Shown here one piece after another: positions 34,737 through 41,435 of a DNA stretch of 41,435 bases. The translations under genes were made by a program, and so were the position numbers. How positions within the stretch are numbered: position 1 is the stretch's first letter; each line of letters starts with the position of its first letter. The DNA comes from Perkinsus olseni (Eukaryota): contig JABANN010000300.1 in NCBI GenBank assembly GCA_013115125.1, positions 1-41,435 on the forward strand, in the 5' to 3' direction. The notes beneath the pieces are model-generated. The model saw only the letters and a program-made list of their open reading frames with translations, did not search any database and was not told the origin of the DNA.

Positions 34737-35688
34737 TCACTGTGAGGATAAGTTGATCAGCTGCATCCGATCACGCTCCCTTGTAGAGTCCCCCTCATCA
34801 GGACCCGCCCACTTTGGCAAAGGATCTTCGACATCCTCCACCCGGTTTTCGTAGAAGATGTGCATAGTAGGGAGATACTCGCAGTCAGCATCTTCACTGG
34901 TAGGAAGTGTGAACATACCCAAGGTGTTCACTGCCCCGCCAGCGATATACTCTGAGCATTCGCCGCAGTAACTGACCAATATGTAACCACAGAGATGATC
35001 ATAAAAGGATTTTATCACAGCGGCTTTGGCGCAGTAGGTAGCGCGTAGGTCTCATAATCCTAAGGTCGCGAGTTCGATCCTCGCAGGCCGCACTTTTAAC
35101 TCACATCCTGCTGTTTGTGCCTCCGTCTGGATATACCTCCTTCATCGGGCCTTCAAACGTGACTTGCTCGGGTCGGAATCCGGCAGTCGGCAAACTCTTC
35201 GCAGACGTTGCTGCTCGGCACAGACTGAAAACGAAAACTCTGCACCGCAGAACTTGGCGATTTCGAAATCACGAGAGAAAAAACATGGAAATATTGCTAC
35301 GACAAAGAGCGGAAACTGTTCTCTCCGCGTATTGGAGGCCAACGATTAAGGACCCCATTGAGGTCACCTCAATCATTGCCGTGATCAAGCGGTTGGGTAC
35401 TGTAAATATCATTCAGGATTGAATCTCTCATCGCTTAACCGAGCGTATCAAGGCACACAATAGCAAGTTCATGCCGCGAGGCATACAACCCAACAGGTTG
35501 GCGGGGGATAGTTTTCTCCCACGTTACCTGCAGTGACAGACGTAATTCATGTAGCTCGGCCCTTTAGCAACAGCGGTGCTCTTGCCGCATCCACAAGTCC
35601 TCACCAAGTAATTCGTGTAAAACCTCGACGATGAGAGCGAAAAGAGCCGTCGATTGAGACCCGCAATCGAGCCAGAGCGAAAGATCAT
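34737..35688 (-). CDS. GFA/CENP-V family Zn-binding protein, 3 exons
   Basis: Spliced protein has CGCG, CHCSLCR, YCGEC and PTMHIFY..R..D.LPKW. R/S-rich N-terminus resembles a mitochondrial presequence. Confidence 0.85.
35020..35092 (+). tRNA. Elongator tRNA-Met(CAT), antisense within a 133-nt intron
   Basis: Acceptor GCGGCTT/AGGCCGC, anticodon loop CTCATAA with U31-U39 typical of elongator Met, TTCGATC loop, TTTT terminator at 35094-35097. Confidence 0.95.
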
Positions 35689-36162
35689 ATGGACAGTGAA
35701 GCAACTTGATCGAGGAAACCTCCCTTCATGCGGCTTGGAGAAGAGCAGGTCAGGAAACGGAAACGTGCCGAACACGGATAAAGCGCGGGATTGCAGTGGC
35801 TTTCCAATGCTTCTTGACGAGCTGTCTGATGGCGCTTCATGTCGACGCTACAGCGAGCCGCTAGCTGAGCACATCGGCAAGAGTCTAACTGAGCCGGAAC
35901 CGTTAGGAGTGGACTATAAACCCACACAAACAAGAATGCCAACGTGACGCTACTGAACGCAAAGCAAACAAGGATAGAAGAGAGAATTTTACGGCTGGTC
36001 TATGATATTGTGAATCTTATACGGCCTACTGGTTATACAGAACAGCCCAAGATCCGTGAAGCCGCGATCTGTTGGGCATTTCGTCTTGCAGCAAAAAGTA
36101 CCCGACTACGAACAAAAGCAAAAAAAGTACGACGAGGATTCGATTGGCAATTATCGCGAGGA

Positions 36163-36718
36163 CTACGAATAATAGATATTCGTCAGGGGCGCATCTTCGT
36201 CTCTAGCGAGCCTCTGCTCGTCCGGCACCCAAAAATCCTGACCATTGCAACAAGAAAGGCGCTCCCTCTCAGCAAGCAGGCGCTCTCTCAAGCTATCATC
36301 AACGCTACAGTCTTCAGAAACAACAGAATCGGTTTCGCAGAGCTGACGACGATGCTTGGTAGAACGGAAGGAGCTCGTCGGAGAATCCATTGACTCTGAT
36401 CGCGGACGACGGTTCCTGAAGAGAGGAGGTTCGACGGAAGGACGGGAGGGTGTCTTACCTCGGAGCTGCGGGCTCATCGTCACTACTGCTAGCAACATCA
36501 ATGGTGCCACAGCTCACGTCATCGAACTCTGACTCTTCGACCGCTCGACGCTTAACAGCGCCTATTAGAGTAACAGGCTTCTTCAGCGTATCTTCGATGT
36601 TGACCGTGTTGGATACAGAACAGGTCGGAACGAAGCCGAGCTGATCGACCTCGCGTTCAACAGCGGGTTCATATTTTACAACACCTTTGACATTCGGTTC
36701 TTCGATAGTGGCAATCAT
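36163..36718 (-). CDS. Two-exon acidic, Ser-rich hypothetical protein
   Basis: ATG 36718 ORF ends at a GTAAG donor (~36458) and joins TTCAG acceptor (~36416) into ORF ending NIYYS*. Confidence 0.5.
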
Positions 36719-37124
36719 ATCAGAATAGAAGGGCGCGTGTGGTGACCAGTGAAGCTTGAAAGACAGCCTACTGTGCTTATAGACATTCGAAAAGAACTGA
36801 AATTAAACAAAAAAATCGTCCCGGAGGGAATCTCCGGTCAGTCAACCTTCAGAAGACAGCACACAAGGTGCTGCAAACATCGCTAGACATCATCATCACA
36901 ATCCAAAAATCAGGAGAACTCCCGCCGCCACACGAACCCGGGATGAGGAATCACTCTAACAGAGCCCCGTTCACCTCAGTTTGAAGCCGAAAGCCCACTA
37001 CATGATAATGCGAATTACATTTGCAGCTGAATGACCCTCATAAAACCCCTGTAAGTTGGCACGTAAACACAAGATATCTTCCAGCATTCACGCACTATGA
37101 AGAAACCAGGCAATCAAGATTCGC

Positions 37125-40100
37125 TCAAGGAACAACAACAGTGCACACCTCCGGCTCACGACCTTCCATGGCTTGAAGGGCGCTAGGGGTGCCAGCTTGT
37201 ACCTAAAAGTGCAGCCACAAGGGATGGAACCTGCGACCTGGCGACATGCAGACCACAACACTTACTATGTAGACTGGTATGCCTAACTCTCCTGCGACCT
37301 TCACTGCGGAGGCCAACTTCGTCTTAATGCCACCCGTCACGTCATGGGCAGGGACGCCTGCAAAACAACGACTTCAAGACTGGCATCTCCTTGAACTATG
37401 AAAGTTAAAGCACACAAGATGGCAGTACCAGTGCTCAGCTCTCGAAGGGCTGCTACTCGGAGGCAAACATTTCGAGACAACACGCAGCCGGAAAGACACT
37501 CCTAGAAACACCACTGGTCAATGTAAGATACTCGTAGAAACACCACTGGTCAACCTAAGATACTCCTAGAAACACCCCAGGTCAATGTAAGATACTCCTA
37601 GAAACACCCCAGGTCAATGTAAGATACTCCTAGAAACACCACTGGTCAACCTAAGATACTCCTAGAAACACCCCAGGTCAATGTAAGATACTCCTAGAAA
37701 CACCCANNNNNNNNNNNNNNNNNNNNNNNNNNNNNNNNNNNNNNNNNNNNNNNNNNNNNNNNNNNNNNNNNNNNNNNNNNNNNNNNNNNNNNNNNNNNNN
37801 NNCCCCAGGTCAATGTAAGGTACTCCTAGAAACACCCCAGGTCAATGTAAGATACTCCTAGAAACACCCCACGCATCACGGATGAACCTAAGATATTCCT
37901 ATACCCCCGTTGACTATAGAACTGAAATCTGCCGTTCCAATACAGCACGGAATTTCGAAGCGATACGACCCTGCGAGTAACATTCCAACTTCAAAGATTC
38001 TTACAAGTTTCTATGCTTGACTTCACATCGCCCCTCGCCGATATCCTCGGTATCAACTTAGCGCCGTCCTCATTCGGTGGCTTATCAAAGATACCCGCAA
38101 CCTGACATCACTGGCAAATCCATTAGGGTCAACCTTTCCGTATCTTCTACATCTGTTAAAAAGATTCCTCTAGAAGGCTTGAACGCCCGGCACATCCAGT
38201 AGAATATAGTGTCGCCCGACAAGATGGTGCAAACTTGCTTGTCGTCGAGCACGCAATCACCATACATAACAGGAATAATACCGGCATTGAGCAGGCCGCT
38301 CAAACCCTCGTACAAAACCTAAACTCAATAATTTCGTGGCGCGCGAGAACGCCCTTTTCCTACATGGCCCCATGCTGTAAACCACGGAAGCTTCTTCTCG
38401 CTAGTCCAGAGGTACCCGCAGCTTCCTGAACATGAACCACAATAAAATTCTCGCGCGCCACGAAATCATTTCCTACCCATCCCCACCGCCTTCAGGCCGT
38501 GCTTCACCAGCACATCTACTACCATACTGTTTAGTCGACCAACGCTCGCGCGCGTCGCCACAAATCCTTTGGCCAGAAATCTTGACATCACATAGGGAGC
38601 TGAAAGATATGGGTGACAATCGACACACGCTTATTTTCTTCGCAATATTTTCGAAAAATTCGACGTCGTTTTTGGCGTCCGGTCTTCAGGTAAATATAAC
38701 AAGTCGTTGATGGAAACGAGCAGCGGTGTGAGCATCTGTGGTTTCATAGTTCTGAGCCTAATTCAGATCTGTGAACACAAAGGCCGAAGGCTGATTCTCT
38801 GGAGTGACGGGCAGCGGGAATCTTCATTCCACACGGGACATTGTGAGATCATCGTCGTAAACGTGCACCGGTAGTGCCTATAAGACCTGATCTGGCCGGC
38901 TGATCATCGCGTACCGAACAATGGCCGCGTGAACAATGCTGCTGTCCAGAGCGGTCCCGGTCCAGCCAGACTTCATTCCGCCCGCATGTCCGAAGGAATA
39001 GCCTCCTGGCATAGCTACAGGCGCAACCAATCATCTTGTTGAAGGCAGGATGAACAACAACTCGTCACGGAAATCATCAATAAGCTGATTAACCAACGCG
39101 TTGCTCAATCTTGATGCTCCGAACCAAAGCCCTCAAAAATGCACTCGAGGACGTCTTCCTCACGTTAGCCGCCAACTTGTGACAGTCAGTACAAACTTTC
39201 CCAAAAAGGCCTTACTGGCCTCTTTGTGACTCTAGAAGTTAAACTTTGAGCGCCTCTATTGCATGATGCAATTTGCATCCATGGGCGCCGCGAAAATGAG
39301 CGTTACACGGTATAGAGCCATCTCTTCTAAACATGACCACGTTACTCTGTTGCATTCTCTCTCTTCAACCCAAGTTGTAACATCAAGCGACATTCATCGC
39401 TCCGTTGCTGGCCATTTGCCTGGTATTCTCCACATTCCATCGGACTCGACTCTATCAAGCGAGTCAAAGTCGAGGCGAGCTAGCACCCAATGTCTGCTTG
39501 AGCTCGGGGCCCGATTGTTGAGCCTCAGAATGAATGTAAAACCAACAATCTCGATCTCGCTCGCCTCAGTACCATCTATGAGACGGTTGTTCTTGGCAAA
39601 GGAACAACATTATAGCAGTTAAGAAGCCGTCGGACAACCACCCTACTCTGCAGAGCGCGAAACTCACGGCTCCGCGCGAGAAAAACGCGAGTCAGTGGCA
39701 CACGGAATGTGTGCCTTGTGTGTCGTTGTGGTCAACACAGAGAGCCTCGAAGATAGATCAAGAAAAATCTATCGCAAGGTAAAAGTCTATTCCCTAGCGA
39801 GACATTTTTATTGAATCCGACTCCGAATCGCCCCAGAGATTCAAACATATTACAAACCACTCTCTCTGATTACATCCTTCCTCAGGCTTTCCCGACTCCT
39901 CCGTGTCTCCTTTGGACACTGCATAGTCCTTAGCTTGGAAATGACCGAAACTGCCCGCACCGTGAATCAACTGAAATGAGCTGGCAATCTCAACCAGTAG
40001 TGCTGGTCCAGCACCGTTGTCACAACAGTACACTATCAAAACGAAGCCGAGGCCGATCAGCGGCAACCAGCAGACTGACGACGGAATATGCACAGTCGCG

Positions 40101-41234
40101 ACACTGAGCGCGTCCGACAGTGGGAATGACAGTGTTCCAGGAACACTGTTCCTTGAGCTCAATGACGCAAATGCCTCTACTCGCGTTACACACATTTCAA
40201 CTGGAAACTTTTCAGTGAAAATGTCCCTTGAAATTTCCAAGGGCAGTAGAAACTCAAAGCTTTGCAAAAGATTTATCAAGCGACGCGGAGTTCACACCTA
40301 AATTTGACGATCCCCATTACCATCGGCCTGGCCCCTGCTTTATCAACAGCTTCTGATAGTTGCTCCGCCGTCTTGCTCAAGATTTCATCATCCAAGGTTT
40401 CGAACTGAAACGAAGAGAGATACCTAAATCGGCCGTAGGGTACGATCTCCACCGATATGCATGAAAAATGGTGAACTTCACATCGTACAACAATATATGA
40501 AAAGAGGTCTTTTAATTCCCTATTCTATCACCCAACATTCGAAAGTCCAATCAACGAGCACTCGAATTCGGAACCGCCACTGTGCAATTCTCGATCTAGT
40601 TTCATGAAGGGAGCTCCCCTAAACACCGTAATCGGCCACGGATACGAACAGTGTTATACTGCCACGGATTCTTACTTCATCTTTCTTGGTGCAAGCAGAT
40701 CCGCCGATTTTTATAACGCAAGTACCTGATCGCCAGCTCGATTCGTCCGCCACTTATACACGCAGATTCCGTCAATACTGGCGCGTTGAACGCAAGACCG
40801 ATGCGCCCTTAGAGCACGGCAGACTTCTGGAGCAACAAGAGAACACTTCCGAAGCTTAACCAACTATGATGAATCTTCCAATCTAACGAACAGTGACGGC
40901 TTGATGGAAGTTTCACGAGCCTTAGAGAAGCTCATTATACGAGCGTGCACGAGGAAAATTTCACAGGGAAAATTCTGTCACCTCTTTTCACTCAGTGAAA
41001 CCGTACAGCAAAACGCTCTCGAGACGTATTCATTTGCAAAGCGATACGGGAATCGATAATGACGCTCAGGATTGGTTCACTAACGTTCCCTACGTCAACC
41101 TCGAGCAATTCTGGACCCATTAATCTCGAAATATTACACTTTGAGCCTCGTTTTTTCCAGTACACCACAGCTGCAGCGACACCGCAGGCCAGAGTGGTAC
41201 CAACGGCAACGCTGATCACTTCACTGGAGGACAT
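37125..41234 (-). CDS. ipk: Isopentenyl phosphate kinase (amino-acid-kinase family), multi-exon, N-terminal hydrophobic helix
   Basis: VIKIGGSACTKK, LIHGAGSFGHFQA (IPK His signature), IPVMYGDCVLD, ILSGD, FLTDVAGIFDKPP, DVTGGIKTK and terminal CTVVVP*. Confidence 0.88.
37498..37900. repeat. 32-bp minisatellite in an IPK intron, interrupted by a 96-N assembly gap (37707-37802)
   Basis: Unit ACTCCTAGAAACACC(AC/CC)(T/A)GGTCAA(TG/CC)TAAGAT, at least 8 visible copies with no spacers. Confidence 0.95.
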
Positions 41235-41435
41235 ACTCAATACAACTTTACTATGCCACGGACAGCGATTTGATATGACACTTGCTGTTCTTGCCCCACT
41301 TGGGTTTCCTCAACGCTACTCGCGCACGCCCCCCGGTTGTTTTTGCCCTCTCGAACGCTTAGATATGCAGAGTGTGCTTGCTCACTCACAGACTTCTACG
41401 CCTACGACGTCTATCCCTATTTCCTGCAGTTGCAC

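Noticed and set aside
37498..37900. CRISPR-like array (32-bp period)
   Set aside because: Units are directly adjacent with no unique spacers, there are no cas genes, and the context is a eukaryotic intron.

Overview
Intron-rich eukaryotic genomic DNA of about 50-55% GC with short GT-AG introns. Gene style and content suggest a perkinsid alveolate (Perkinsus-like); this taxon call is an inference. From ~7.6 kb to the window end, essentially all recognisable protein genes lie on the minus strand: a ~10 kb two-domain PPi-PFK-like gene that appears to lack catalytic motifs in both halves, an M17 leucyl aminopeptidase (NPEPL1-like), a roadblock/LC7 dynein light chain, several hypothetical genes, a complete PYROXD2-like oxidoreductase with two expanded introns (one holding a retrotransposon integrase relic), a GFA/CENP-V-family protein, and an isopentenyl phosphate kinase with an intronic 32-bp minisatellite spanning an N gap. 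The window is unusually rich in tRNA sequences: three tandem degenerate tRNA-Ser copies, three dispersed tRNA-Leu genes sharing a conserved 60-nt upstream flank, tRNA-Ala and tRNA-Met genes nested antisense in short introns, and several tRNA relics. Exon structures were reconstructed by hand, so some boundaries are approximate.
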